Positions 1 through 9,609 of a stretch of DNA of 64,000 bases are shown piece after piece. Origin of the DNA: Bacteroidia bacterium (GTDB taxonomy: Bacteria; Bacteroidota; Bacteroidia; SXHM01). Below the pieces are notes generated by a model that saw nothing but the letters and a program-made list of their open reading frames with translations, did no database searches and had not been told where the DNA came from. A program made the position numbers and the translations under genes. Position 1 is the stretch's first letter, and every line of letters starts with the position of its first letter. The stretch covers positions 73,785-137,784 of the forward strand of contig JAJVIC010000006.1 in the NCBI GenBank assembly GCA_022072225.1, in the 5' to 3' direction.

Positions 1-1195
1 ATATGAAGCATATACTCCTCAAAAAGATATTGATTTTATTAGATTGTTTTTCCTTTGTGCATCGCTGTCATTTTATGTTTATCCTTCGAAAAAATTCATT
101 GATAAAATAAACGAAAGATATAATGAGTTTAAAGTAGAAAACCTAGAATATGATATTAAACTTCTCATAGAAAAGTCAAACTCACCCTTTGATTTAGCAT
201 ATAAGTTTTTGTCGCTTTCCTTTTTTGATATTCCACAAGAAACTGTCCGTTTAAGAGATGATGATGAACCTGTGGTTTCTGTTGACTTTAAAATTCAAGA
301 ACTTATTTCTTACATAAAATTCATTGATGAAACCTTCACGGAATCAAACATAAACCTGAGCAAGTATAAAGAATCTATTTTGGGGGATTTCTTGGAAAAT
401 AGGGGCTTAAAGCACGATCGCCAATTGAGCTTCAACCCTTTCCATTTTTATCTTAATAGTAAGTTTGGGTATGAGTTTCTTAATAAATATCTCCACCACT
501 TATTCAGTGAAGTTACAATAGATTATTTACAATTTAATCCATTAGAATTAAGCACTGGGGAAATTGCATTTCTGAATATTTTATCAAGGATAAATTGTAT
601 TGGTAAAGAAGAAGTAAATCATTACAATAGGTTTAAGTATATGAAATATACAGGAGCTAAGAATATATTATTCTTTATTGATGAAGGAGAGGCGCACTTT
701 CATCCTCAATGGCAAAAGAAATTTTTAGAGCTATTATTGAATGTACTACCAGGAATGTTTCAAAACAAAACCATTCAACTTATTCTCACTTCACATTCGC
801 CTTTATTTCTTTCAGACCTTCCACGTGAAAATATTAATTTTCTTAAACGTAATGAAGCTACTGGATTATGTGAGGTTTCAGATTTAGAAAGCAGAAAAGA
901 TACATTAGGGGCTAATATACATACTTTATTCGCGGATAGCTTCTTTATCCAAGGTGGACTCATAGGAGACTTTGCAAAGAATAAAATTAATGAGACGATA
1001 AAACTATTGCAGGATGGTTCTACTGAAAAAATTTACGCTAAAAAAGATGAGATAAAAAAAATTATTCGAATGATTGGTGAACCAATTATTCGGAATAAAT
1101 TGTTACAACTTTTGAATGAGAGAATAGATGTAGATGAACGGATAAATGATTTGCAACGACAATTGGATAAACTGAAGAATAAGAGAAATGATTAG
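1..1195 (+). CDS. ptuA: PtuA-like (Septu) ABC-type ATPase, C-terminal ~390 aa; 5' end lies outside window
   Basis: Reading frame is open from base 2 (YEAYTPQKDIDFIRLFFL...), so the M at 44 is not the true start. ~88% aa identical to C-terminal half of 40421..42451, which has Walker A GSNGSGKSS. This copy retains Walker B FFIDEGEAHFHP and the LTSHSP H-loop-like motif. Stop overlaps start of downstream HNH gene. Confidence 0.55.
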   Translation, partial: YEAYTPQKDIDFIRLFFLCASLSFYVYPSKKFIDKINERYNEFKVENLEYDIKLLIEKSNSPFDLAYKFLSLSFFDIPQETVRLRDDDEPVVSVDFKIQELISYIKFIDETFTESNINLSKYKESILGDFLENRGLKHDRQLSFNPFHFYLNSKFGYEFLNKYLHHLFSEVTIDYLQFNPLELSTGEIAFLNILSRINCIGKEEVNHYNRFKYMKYTGAKNILFFIDEGEAHFHPQWQKKFLELLLNVLPGMFQNKTIQLILTSHSPLFLSDLPRENINFLKRNEATGLCEVSDLESRKDTLGANIHTLFADSFFIQGGLIGDFAKNKINETIKLLQDGSTEKIYAKKDEIKKIIRMIGEPIIRNKLLQLLNERIDVDERINDLQRQLDKLKNKRND

Positions 1196-2162
1196 GATTA
1201 AACGAGATAATCTCAATGCTTTAGCTAGGCAACATTATATAAATGTTGAATCTTTTGCTCCTAAACTCACAGAAAGACTAGAAGAAAAGTCTAAAAAATC
1301 TGGAATACTACAAAGTTTCTACAAACAGCTGTTTAAGGACGTAAAACTTACAAACGGAGAATCTTTACTAATCTCAACTCCTGAAAAATTAGAAGAAAAG
1401 ATAATAGAATACACAAATACGTTTGGATTCGATTTTTCGAAAAATATATACAAGACACTTAGACGAGAATTGCAAAAAGTATTTGATTACAATGGTTATG
1501 CAAAGGAATATGGATATTGGCTTGCAAAAGAATTGAATGTAAATGTTTGCCCGTATTGTAATCGGCAATACACATTTACAATTAGCCATGGACGAAAGAA
1601 AATAGTTCGACCCGAGTTTGATCATTTTTATAACAAAAAATCATATCCTTATTTATCTCTTTCATTTTATAATCTTATTCCATCATGTTCAATTTGTAAT
1701 CGTCTTAAGGGTTTTAAAGATTTCAGTATTAAAAAGAATATCCATCCCTATCTGAAAGGCTTTACTCCTATTGCAAAGTTCGAAACTAAATTGACCGATA
1801 TTGAAGCAATTTGGGGAGATTCAGATAAAATAGAATTATTATTAAACACTGGAGGAAATCCATTGATTAAAAAAAATGCTAAAATTTTCAAATTAGAAGA
1901 ATTATATAATGGGTACGGAGCAACAAGAAAAAACAATGTTTCAGGACACAGAGATTATGTAATTGAAATCATACAAAAAAGACTCATTTATAACAGTACC
2001 TATATTGATGAATTATTTGAAACATATCAAGGTATATTCTTTAAAACAAGAGAAGATACAGTAAGGTTAGTTTTATCTAATTATGTTACAGAAGACGGCC
2101 TAGAAAAAAGGGTTCTTTCTAAACTTACAAAGGATATAAATGAAGAATGGGGACTGATATAA
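1188..2162 (+). CDS. ptuB: PtuB-like HNH endonuclease
   Basis: HNH signature CPYCNRQYT...EFDHFYNKK...NLIPSCSICNRLKG. 8-nt overlap with upstream ATPase gene (translationally coupled pair). ~90% identical to 42444..43418. Confidence 0.55.
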   Translation: MIRIKRDNLNALARQHYINVESFAPKLTERLEEKSKKSGILQSFYKQLFKDVKLTNGESLLISTPEKLEEKIIEYTNTFGFDFSKNIYKTLRRELQKVFDYNGYAKEYGYWLAKELNVNVCPYCNRQYTFTISHGRKKIVRPEFDHFYNKKSYPYLSLSFYNLIPSCSICNRLKGFKDFSIKKNIHPYLKGFTPIAKFETKLTDIEAIWGDSDKIELLLNTGGNPLIKKNAKIFKLEELYNGYGATRKNNVSGHRDYVIEIIQKRLIYNSTYIDELFETYQGIFFKTREDTVRLVLSNYVTEDGLEKRVLSKLTKDINEEWGLI

Positions 2163-2187
2163 TTCAATTATTTCACCTCCAATTACT

Positions 2188-5100
2188 CTAAATTTGAGTT
2201 GAAATTTTATATTTAATATTGACAAAGATGTGATATAACGAAGAGTCCGAGCCATGAATAGATTTACCAATTTTAATAGCTGAATTTTCAAACTGAAATT
2301 GTTTACTTACGTCCTCTACGAATTTCGAGTTAATCTCAAAACCAGTAGGAAATTTTAATTCCGGTATTGTAGTTTGGGCATATTCAATCCATTTTTTTTC
2401 AAAATTCTCTGACGGGTAAAGAGAATAAATTAAAACAATAAATGTTTTTCTTTGATGTGTATAATACGCAACGAGTTTTTCTATATGCGATTGAACTCGT
2501 GGTTTATCTCTTAAAATAAAAGCTTCACAGGTTATGAATGATTTTTTATTCCAATCCAGAATATCTAAGTCTATTTCTCCTGCGTCTTTCCCTGATTCAG
2601 AGAAGGCTTTTCTTGTTTGATCCTTTACGGTCCAGCCCCAAGTGGTTACCCTTGATTCGAGCGATAACTGAACAATATCGTTGTACTTATTTTCATCGGC
2701 TATTTCATCAATTGAATTAATTTTGTCTAACATTCTATTTACAGCCAACGCTACTTCGTTAGTAATAAATTCATTTAAATCAATTTTACCATTTAATACT
2801 TCTGGAAAAATACGAATCAATTTATGTGGAACACAATTATAAATCCGGTTATAATTAATGCGTAACTCTTCAATATTATCAATCCCGCTGATTTCATGTT
2901 TTAGATCAGAAATGAATTGAATTTCTGAAGCACCAGAATATTGATGATACCTTTCCGCTTTTTCCAATAGTATGTTTGCTTCATTTATCTTCTTTTCGGC
3001 TAAGAGTCTTTTTATTTTCATATCTAAAACACTGGGTAACATTTGATATGGAAGTTCAAGCTTTGAAAATTCTTCATCGAGTAATTCGTATTTCCCAAGA
3101 TGAAACAAAACAATAATCCTGTTGAGAATAAGGTTTTCACCTAATAAGGATAAATCAACATCTGGATTTTGATTCACATAAACATCCCATTCTTCAAATA
3201 CTTCAGAATATAAATTAGAATCATTTGAAGCTTGTTCTGCCATCTTCATTTTAGCAACCATTCGGTTCAATGCGAATGAAGGATATATGGGAATTTTTTT
3301 GGTTAAGTCATCAAAGATGAGATATGCACTTGCTGGATTAGTAATTAAACGAATTAATCCTCTATAAAACTGTTTGTAGTCTTGTGCTTTAAGTTCTTTC
3401 CTTCCATATGTATTATTATTTTCAGGCTCGTTGATTTTATCTAAGTCAGCTTCGTTATTATGATAATATGCAATTAATAATTTTGTGTTATAGAGCAGAT
3501 TCTCATACTGTTTATCTTTCCCTGAAATGTTTTTTTCCCAATAGGAAACAATCTCATCTATTTTAGCCATCAATTTTGGATGCTGAGTAATTTTTATTAG
3601 TACAGATTGTATCTCTATCCAATATGATTCTTCTAAAAACTTTTTAAGGTTTGAGGTTTCTACTTTTCTTAAAAGAATTTCTTTCATTCCTTCAGATGTG
3701 ACCAATTCAACAACCGTAAGTATCTTTATTATATTATTTGTACTGATAATAGCGTCAATGACTTTCTCTTTATTACTAAACCAATTAATTGCACTTGCTA
3801 TTTGTGGAAGTAAGGCTTCATTTTCTGAGTTATGAAATCCAAACTCTTTATTGTAATTAAACAAGTCTATGCGACCATCTGTTGAACTATCTACCGCATG
3901 AATCTTAATGTAGTCAATAATTTGTCCCTCTATTCTCAATTTAATCTCACTTAATTCCTTTTTGTCAAAACCATACGGAATAGAAGGAGATGTTAATTTT
4001 AGTAATACTTGAATGAGAACACCTATATGGGTTCTAATTTTATCAGCTACAAATTGGTTTTTTGAATGATACTTATCTTCGGTTCTGTCAATTTTAAAAT
4101 TAGGTTGTAAAAAATTATTCAGTTTACCTCGTTTAAATATGAAGTAGATAGGATATATCCAATCAATAAATTGCAATCGTTCAATTTTTTCGCTCCAAAG
4201 AGGTAATCCATTCTCTTCTTTTTTATCAAAAAAATTATACTTTTTTATTTCCTCTACTTCTATTCTTGACATATATGAAGTGAAAAAAGTATCTGTTAAG
4301 AAATAAATATTTGGAGCATGAAGGTTAAACTGACTTTTGTATTTCCAATGTGTTGTACATTTCATTAGCCAAGTAAGACCATCCCATTGTAACATTGGAA
4401 ATTGGATTGTTCCGTTATTATATAAGGGTTTAACATCAAGGTTGGCAAATAAGGCAATAAGCTCATTAAAGACATTAGGAATAAAATATTCAATGTTTTT
4501 ATTCCCGTAACTTTTATGATTATAGAGCAAAGAATTTTCTAGTAACATAATAACTACTTTTTCTTTTTGCTCTTTTTCTGCAATTAAAATATTATCTTCT
4601 TTTCTTGAATTTCTATTGTTTGGTATATCATATTTATCGGAATTGAGATGTCGATAAATTTGAAAAATCAATTTTGCAGCGGTTGCCTTATCTGATAGAA
4701 CAGATCGTATTGTATAAAGCGCAATTTCAATACACATTGACCATAGTGTTTCTGATCTTTCATGTTGTTGACCTTTCGGGAATGTGAAGTCACTAATAAT
4801 TTGAAACGAAAAGGATACAAAATCTTTATCGCATAGAAGGTGTGCAATTATTTCTCTTCTATAATATTTAATACTCTGTCTCATAAACCATAAAAGAATT
4901 GGTTTATTAGTACTTTGTCGTAATAATTCAGTTATTCTTTTGTATCTATATAGTATTGGATTATTTCCATCTTGTGTTTCTATTCTTTCTAACTCAAAGT
5001 CATGCTTTACTACTATCGTAACAAGGTGTCTTAGATTGCGCCTTGCATTTTGTGAATGCAAATATGTACTATGAGATTTTTCTTCCCATTTATTAAGGCA

Positions 5101-6240
5101 AGTATAAAGTTCAAAGACATCTGAATTATTTAAAGAAAAATCTTCAAGTTCAAATCTATTATTGTCAAGGAATGAAAAATCACGCGTTGAGTCTACATCA
5201 ATAATTACTTTTTTAAATTCATCTTCAATGCCGTTTATATCTGGTTCGTTTACTATAATATCATAAGCAGCATCGAGAAATCTTTTTTTTGCAATTTCAG
5301 TAGCATTCATTAATGGATCAGGTGAACTTTCCCAATAACTAACTTGATTAATAAAAAATCTAATTCTTTCAACATCTGAGTCATAATTACCATCACTACA
5401 GAGCAGTTCCCAGAAATAACTGGAAATTTTATCGTGTAGATTAGACCAATATCGCGGTTCTGAATTGTAAAAATTGACAGTAACATCATCTGCTCCGTTT
5501 GCTTTAATTATTCCTTCTTTAATAAATTTTTCAAAGGATGGAATGTCATAAATAGATTTAAAAGTATTTTGTATTCTAATAAACTCTGACTTCGTAATTA
5601 ATAATCCTTCCGTATCTTTCCTAAATTCATTATAAAATTCAGTAATAAATTTAAAATCCTTCCAGTAATCAAGATATGGTTTAAAGTACAAATCAATGTT
5701 TGAAAACTCAACTATATTATCTTTTTCAGATAACCAACTTGGTGCTTTACTATAAATGTTATTACTTTCGATTTTACTTGGGCTATGGGAGTTATGTGCA
5801 GCAATAGCATCATCCAAAATGTTTTTGTTAATTTTTCTTTCATTGTTTGGCAATGTTGGATAAAAAGCAGATAGAAATTCAAGCTCATTTTTAAGATTAA
5901 TGATTGATTTGAACCTATGTAAATGAGCCCTTACTGATTCTGAAATTTCAATAAACCCTAGAATATTTCGTAACCAAAAATTTTGAAACAATTTATTAGA
6001 ATCTATTATAGTAGAATGTGTTCTTTCATAGTATTCTTTGAATGAATTAAAATCTGCTAGTGAACATTCAAATTTCAGCGGCTGACATTTGTATAGTATT
6101 TGCGCCCAAAAGCGTGAAGCCTCCCAAATCAAATCGGCTTCAATAACTTTTTTATCAAAATGATGAGTAAACTCATCTATTGGGCTAGTTTTAATATAAT
6201 TAACAAGCTCTTGAATTTTTTCCTGTTGTTCATAATCCAT
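2188..6240 (-). CDS. Very large hypothetical protein (~1350 aa) with no recognisable catalytic motifs
   Basis: Single uninterrupted ORF. Probable start is the internal MDYEQQEKIQEL (ATG at 6240), because the first ATG of the ORF (6273) lies inside the upstream terminator hairpin. No P-loop, no HNH, no helicase motifs seen. Occupies the slot between the Septu-like pair and element A that is filled by Gabija in the other copy. Confidence 0.5.
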   Translation of the reverse strand: MDYEQQEKIQELVNYIKTSPIDEFTHHFDKKVIEADLIWEASRFWAQILYKCQPLKFECSLADFNSFKEYYERTHSTIIDSNKLFQNFWLRNILGFIEISESVRAHLHRFKSIINLKNELEFLSAFYPTLPNNERKINKNILDDAIAAHNSHSPSKIESNNIYSKAPSWLSEKDNIVEFSNIDLYFKPYLDYWKDFKFITEFYNEFRKDTEGLLITKSEFIRIQNTFKSIYDIPSFEKFIKEGIIKANGADDVTVNFYNSEPRYWSNLHDKISSYFWELLCSDGNYDSDVERIRFFINQVSYWESSPDPLMNATEIAKKRFLDAAYDIIVNEPDINGIEDEFKKVIIDVDSTRDFSFLDNNRFELEDFSLNNSDVFELYTCLNKWEEKSHSTYLHSQNARRNLRHLVTIVVKHDFELERIETQDGNNPILYRYKRITELLRQSTNKPILLWFMRQSIKYYRREIIAHLLCDKDFVSFSFQIISDFTFPKGQQHERSETLWSMCIEIALYTIRSVLSDKATAAKLIFQIYRHLNSDKYDIPNNRNSRKEDNILIAEKEQKEKVVIMLLENSLLYNHKSYGNKNIEYFIPNVFNELIALFANLDVKPLYNNGTIQFPMLQWDGLTWLMKCTTHWKYKSQFNLHAPNIYFLTDTFFTSYMSRIEVEEIKKYNFFDKKEENGLPLWSEKIERLQFIDWIYPIYFIFKRGKLNNFLQPNFKIDRTEDKYHSKNQFVADKIRTHIGVLIQVLLKLTSPSIPYGFDKKELSEIKLRIEGQIIDYIKIHAVDSSTDGRIDLFNYNKEFGFHNSENEALLPQIASAINWFSNKEKVIDAIISTNNIIKILTVVELVTSEGMKEILLRKVETSNLKKFLEESYWIEIQSVLIKITQHPKLMAKIDEIVSYWEKNISGKDKQYENLLYNTKLLIAYYHNNEADLDKINEPENNNTYGRKELKAQDYKQFYRGLIRLITNPASAYLIFDDLTKKIPIYPSFALNRMVAKMKMAEQASNDSNLYSEVFEEWDVYVNQNPDVDLSLLGENLILNRIIVLFHLGKYELLDEEFSKLELPYQMLPSVLDMKIKRLLAEKKINEANILLEKAERYHQYSGASEIQFISDLKHEISGIDNIEELRINYNRIYNCVPHKLIRIFPEVLNGKIDLNEFITNEVALAVNRMLDKINSIDEIADENKYNDIVQLSLESRVTTWGWTVKDQTRKAFSESGKDAGEIDLDILDWNKKSFITCEAFILRDKPRVQSHIEKLVAYYTHQRKTFIVLIYSLYPSENFEKKWIEYAQTTIPELKFPTGFEINSKFVEDVSKQFQFENSAIKIGKSIHGSDSSLYHIFVNIKYKISTQI

Positions 6241-6262
6241 AATACAAAAGTATATTTTAAAT

Positions 6263-6290
6263 AAAAAAACCATCTCAATATTCGAGATGG
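6263..6290 (-). terminator. Rho-independent terminator after element-A MTase operon
   Basis: CCATCTC-aatattc-GAGATGG hairpin (6270..6290) followed on the minus strand by a T7 run (6263..6269). Confidence 0.6.
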
Positions 6291-6305
6291 ATTTGAATGC
6301 TTTAC

Positions 6306-6956
6306 TTATCCCAATAAATCACATCCAAGGAAATTGCGTTGTACTTCACTTGCTGACGTAAGCACAGAGTACCCACCGGCTGCGGGATCAATCACCGTAT
6401 CACCAACATCAGTTACCGCTTCAATTAAACTTTTTTGTAATTCAATTGGTTTTGAATGTGCATGATTTTTCTTTGTAATCTTCTCATTCCAAACATCTGG
6501 TATATTGTGCACTTTCCAAATGCCTTTTATTCGAACTGGCAACTTCTGAAAAATAACAAGATACTCACTTTTCTTTCGTGTCCTGTAGCCCAGACCAATT
6601 CTCCCTTTATCCCATGTCACAAAATCAACTAACTTAAGATTAGTTCCTCCAACCAATGAATGAAGGCTATTCACCAACATATATTTATCCACCCATAACA
6701 TCATATGGCCGCTTGGTAAAAGAACGCGGTCAATTTCCTTGATGAACTTGGCAATCAAATCATCATTCATTTGAGGTAACTGAAACCGGTCTTTCAATTT
6801 CTTTCCTTCGTTTCCATATTTCAATTGGTCAAACAACCCGCGATACTGTGGGTCAAAAAAGACGAGCTTAATACTTTCTTTTGCAAGTTGCGAAAGAAGC
6901 GTTAAGCCATCCATTTTATTCCTGCTATTTAGTTTTGGTTGTGGGTTGTTTGACAC
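6306..6956 (-). CDS. Beta-class N4/N6 DNA methyltransferase (PF01555-like), atypical motif IV DPQY
   Basis: N-terminal FFDPQY (DPPY-like motif IV), central WDKGRIGLGY, C-terminal HSKPIELQKSLIEAVTDVGDTVIDPAAGGYSVLTSA (motif I). Motif order IV->I. Confidence 0.7.
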   Translation of the reverse strand: MSNNPQPKLNSRNKMDGLTLLSQLAKESIKLVFFDPQYRGLFDQLKYGNEGKKLKDRFQLPQMNDDLIAKFIKEIDRVLLPSGHMMLWVDKYMLVNSLHSLVGGTNLKLVDFVTWDKGRIGLGYRTRKKSEYLVIFQKLPVRIKGIWKVHNIPDVWNEKITKKNHAHSKPIELQKSLIEAVTDVGDTVIDPAAGGYSVLTSASEVQRNFLGCDLLG

Positions 6957-6977
6957 AAAGGTTTATGGTTATTACTT

Positions 6978-7514
6978 CTAAACTTGTCCGTTGTCTGCCA
7001 TTGAATAGTAACTTTCAGATGTAATGATGAGATGGTCGACAATGGAAACACCTATCATCTTTCCAAACGTGTGAAGGCTTGTAGTCAGTGAAATATCCTG
7101 AGATGATGGGGTTAAATTTCCGCTCGGGTGGTTATGACACAGAATGACATTTGTTGCATTCGCCATTAATGCTAACTGGAAGATTTCTTTTGTATTGACT
7201 CCTGTTCCTACAGTGGAACCGACAGAGATTTCTGAAACTCCTAAGACGTGTTGGGCTTGGGAAAGCAGCATGACTAAGAAAACTTCTTTGTAGTCCATTC
7301 TGTTTTCATCAATGAAAGCGCGAAAGACAGTTTCGGCATCACTGGACTTAACCACCTTAATCATTTCTGAAAGAACGGGGCGGGTGTAATGTATTTGGAT
7401 TTCGTTAATAGTATGTTTCATGTTTTTTGATTTTGGTGAATGAAATATTGAGACGGCATTTTGTGCCGATTGCGTTTGATAGAAAAAATGAAAGTCACTC
7501 ATGGTGACTTTCAT
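6978..7514 (-). CDS. RadC-like JAB/MPN domain protein
   Basis: HNHPSGNLTPSSQDISLT JAMM motif typical of RadC. Confidence 0.8.
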   Translation of the reverse strand: MKVTMSDFHFFYQTQSAQNAVSIFHSPKSKNMKHTINEIQIHYTRPVLSEMIKVVKSSDAETVFRAFIDENRMDYKEVFLVMLLSQAQHVLGVSEISVGSTVGTGVNTKEIFQLALMANATNVILCHNHPSGNLTPSSQDISLTTSLHTFGKMIGVSIVDHLIITSESYYSMADNGQV

Positions 7515-7515
7515 T

Positions 7516-8298
7516 TCAAAATAATTGCAGTTGGGATGGAGACGGTGGTTTTTCCTCTGTTTTTCTCTCTTCTGAAGGAAGTTGCAGTTTCACTTCTTGA
7601 AACTCTGCCTGCTGCGATTGCCAAATACTCGATGCCTCTTTTTCAATTTTGAATATTCCTAATGGGAAGATTGAAATTTTGTAGCCAAAGCGGAAATCAT
7701 TTCTGGCTAATGCATCTGCACAAATGACTTCGCCTCGAAGACCATTGAGGAATAGATTGATTGCAGCCATCTTCACACAGCGGGGGTCTATGTCTATGCC
7801 GTAATAGCTGTGCATGCATTTGCTTTCTTTCGCAAATGCCATAAGCATTCTGCCACTTCCACAGGACGGGTCCAATACATTGGCAGATTTTGTTTCTTCA
7901 CCACGTACCATTTCTGCCATCATCTGGCAGACATGAAAAGGGGTAAAGAATTGTCCGTTTCTGCCGTGACTTAATTCTTGCTCAAAGAATGCTCCTAATA
8001 AATCATTTTCCTGGGAATTGTCTTTGTTTTCCTCCATGTAGAGAATGAGTTCTGCGAATAGCTCAGGAAAGTATTTCAACGTTCCTAAGGCCTTATAAGG
8101 CTCTATGACGCTCATATACTCGTCCTCATAGTAGGATAGACCTGTCTCAGGATTACGGGTAACACATGCTATGCAGATAGTGAGGAAATCATCGAATACC
8201 TGCTCATAGCTGCTCCCGTATGCAGCCTTATCAAACACTGCTTTAAATGATTGTAAGGTTCGGACACCAGTTTTGGTTTCCTTGGATGTTGTTTTCAT
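7516..8298 (-). CDS. Gamma-class N6-adenine MTase-like protein, probably catalytically degenerate (no NPPF/Y)
   Basis: Motif X GQFFTP, motif I VLDPSCGSGRML, motif II/III YGIDID. At the expected motif IV position the sequence is SIFPLG instead of NPPF/Y. Protein ends after ~260 aa with a low-complexity tail. Confidence 0.6.
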   Translation of the reverse strand: MKTTSKETKTGVRTLQSFKAVFDKAAYGSSYEQVFDDFLTICIACVTRNPETGLSYYEDEYMSVIEPYKALGTLKYFPELFAELILYMEENKDNSQENDLLGAFFEQELSHGRNGQFFTPFHVCQMMAEMVRGEETKSANVLDPSCGSGRMLMAFAKESKCMHSYYGIDIDPRCVKMAAINLFLNGLRGEVICADALARNDFRFGYKISIFPLGIFKIEKEASSIWQSQQAEFQEVKLQLPSEERKTEEKPPSPSQLQLF

Positions 8299-8376
8299 GG
8301 CTCTTTGATTTTGTAATGAACTATTTTCAAAGAGTATAGACCCTATAACAAACAGTAAACAGAAGTCAAAATATGC

Positions 8377-9540
8377 CTAATAGGCAATTGTGGTAGCACT
8401 GAAAGGTCGTGAAGGTGTACCGTCAATCATGAGGGTTAAATAAATATGGTAGTTGGGTAAGTTCACGAAATCTTCAACGTCAAAAGTCGGGTACATCTTT
8501 TGCGACATCACTGAAGCATCACCGGTATCAATACGAAAAGAAATATGCGTTCCCACATTTCCTAATACCGCATTCAAAATATCCGGCTGTAATTGTTTCA
8601 TGTATTGATGCGCGAGTATCATCCCGACCTTATACTTTCTCAACTCCGAAAGCATATTCACCAATGAAAGCGTACTGAAGTTCTGAAATTCATCCAGGTA
8701 AATAAAGAACGGAACACGGTTTTCTTCTTCTATCGTTACACGGGAAAATGCTGCTGAAGAAAGTGAGGTAAGTAATAGCGATCCTAGGATTTGACACACA
8801 TCTTCACCGATTGCACCTTTTGACAGATTTACCAGTAATATCTTCTTTTCATCCATTATTTTTCGAAGTGAAATTTCTTCAGTGTTTTCAATAATGACAC
8901 GCTTAATTGCAGGATACGCAAGCAAGCCTCCTATCTTGTTTAGCACTGGTAAAACATCGTTATACATGTACCGGGGAAACTCTTTTTTCCAGAATACTTT
9001 TACATCTTCATTCACTACGTTTTCTAATACTTCACTTCGGAAAGACTTGTCATATATCATCTTGTTTATATCAGACATTTTCGCACTTGGCTGGTCTAAT
9101 AATGCTAAAAGTGTAAAGCGAAGAATATGTTCAAGCTTTACACCCCATGCCGTTGACCACAGTTTTTTAAAGACTTCGATAATACTTGAAGCAATGAGAG
9201 AACGTTTTTCATATGAGACTTTCCGAAGTGGATTGTATGCGAATGGCTGTTTCGGGTCTGTGATGTCCATGTAAATAACATCATCCTTTCTATTGTCAGG
9301 AATATGTTCATTTATTTCACTGACTAAATCTCCGTGAGGGTCGAGTAAACATATTCCTCTTCCGTTCCTGATGTCATTTAGGATTTTGGTTTTTAAGAGG
9401 GTTGTCTTGCCTGTTCCGGTTTTACCAATGATATAGGTATGTAAAAGTCTGTCGGCTTGTCTAATACCGAATGGGGTTCCTTTATTTCGCCAGCTTACAC
9501 GGGCGAAATAGAGTATGTCTTTGTTTCGAAATTCATCCAT
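8377..9540 (-). CDS. Soluble TraD/TrwB/HerA-FtsK superfamily ATPase
   Basis: Walker A GKTGTGKTT. LLDPHGD. Walker B FFIYLDEFQNF. ILAHQ motif. No TM segment. Paralogous to the core of the 1023-aa protein at 34664..37735. Confidence 0.65.
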   Translation of the reverse strand: MDEFRNKDILYFARVSWRNKGTPFGIRQADRLLHTYIIGKTGTGKTTLLKTKILNDIRNGRGICLLDPHGDLVSEINEHIPDNRKDDVIYMDITDPKQPFAYNPLRKVSYEKRSLIASSIIEVFKKLWSTAWGVKLEHILRFTLLALLDQPSAKMSDINKMIYDKSFRSEVLENVVNEDVKVFWKKEFPRYMYNDVLPVLNKIGGLLAYPAIKRVIIENTEEISLRKIMDEKKILLVNLSKGAIGEDVCQILGSLLLTSLSSAAFSRVTIEEENRVPFFIYLDEFQNFSTLSLVNMLSELRKYKVGMILAHQYMKQLQPDILNAVLGNVGTHISFRIDTGDASVMSQKMYPTFDVEDFVNLPNYHIYLTLMIDGTPSRPFSATTIAY

Positions 9541-9609
9541 TTCTCCATTATCCTAAAATGGGGAAATGGAAATAGAATGCAATTTTTGCCAAATGTGATA
9601 AGATGAAAC

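Larger units (their letters stand above)
1..2162. repeat. Diverged duplicate of the ATPase+HNH pair at 41270..43418 (proteins ~88-90% identical)
   Basis: Protein-level alignment of ORFs 44..1195/1188..2162 with 40421..42451/42444..43418. Many synonymous and conservative differences, so not an exact repeat. Confidence 0.8.

Noticed and set aside
775-963. Numerous 60-130-aa ORFs lying antisense to or nested inside long ORFs (e.g. 775..963, 1389..1625, 8882..9274, 9830..10153, 28528..28815, 35123..35372, 51748..52131)
   Set aside because: They overlap well-supported genes on the opposite strand and have low-complexity, Cys/Phe-rich composition typical of antisense frames of AT-rich coding DNA. 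None has a recognisable motif.
44-1195. Treating the M at 44 as the start of the first CDS
   Set aside because: The frame is open from the first bases of the window and aligns residue-for-residue with the middle of the 676-aa paralogue (…AYTPQNDIDFIRLFFL…). The gene is therefore 5'-truncated by the window edge.
7516-8298. Annotating the 260-aa protein as an active N6-adenine MTase
   Set aside because: Motifs X and I are clear, but the catalytic NPPF/Y tetrapeptide is replaced by SIFPLG and the protein ends ~100 aa earlier than typical gamma-class enzymes, in both copies. Called MTase-like/degenerate instead.
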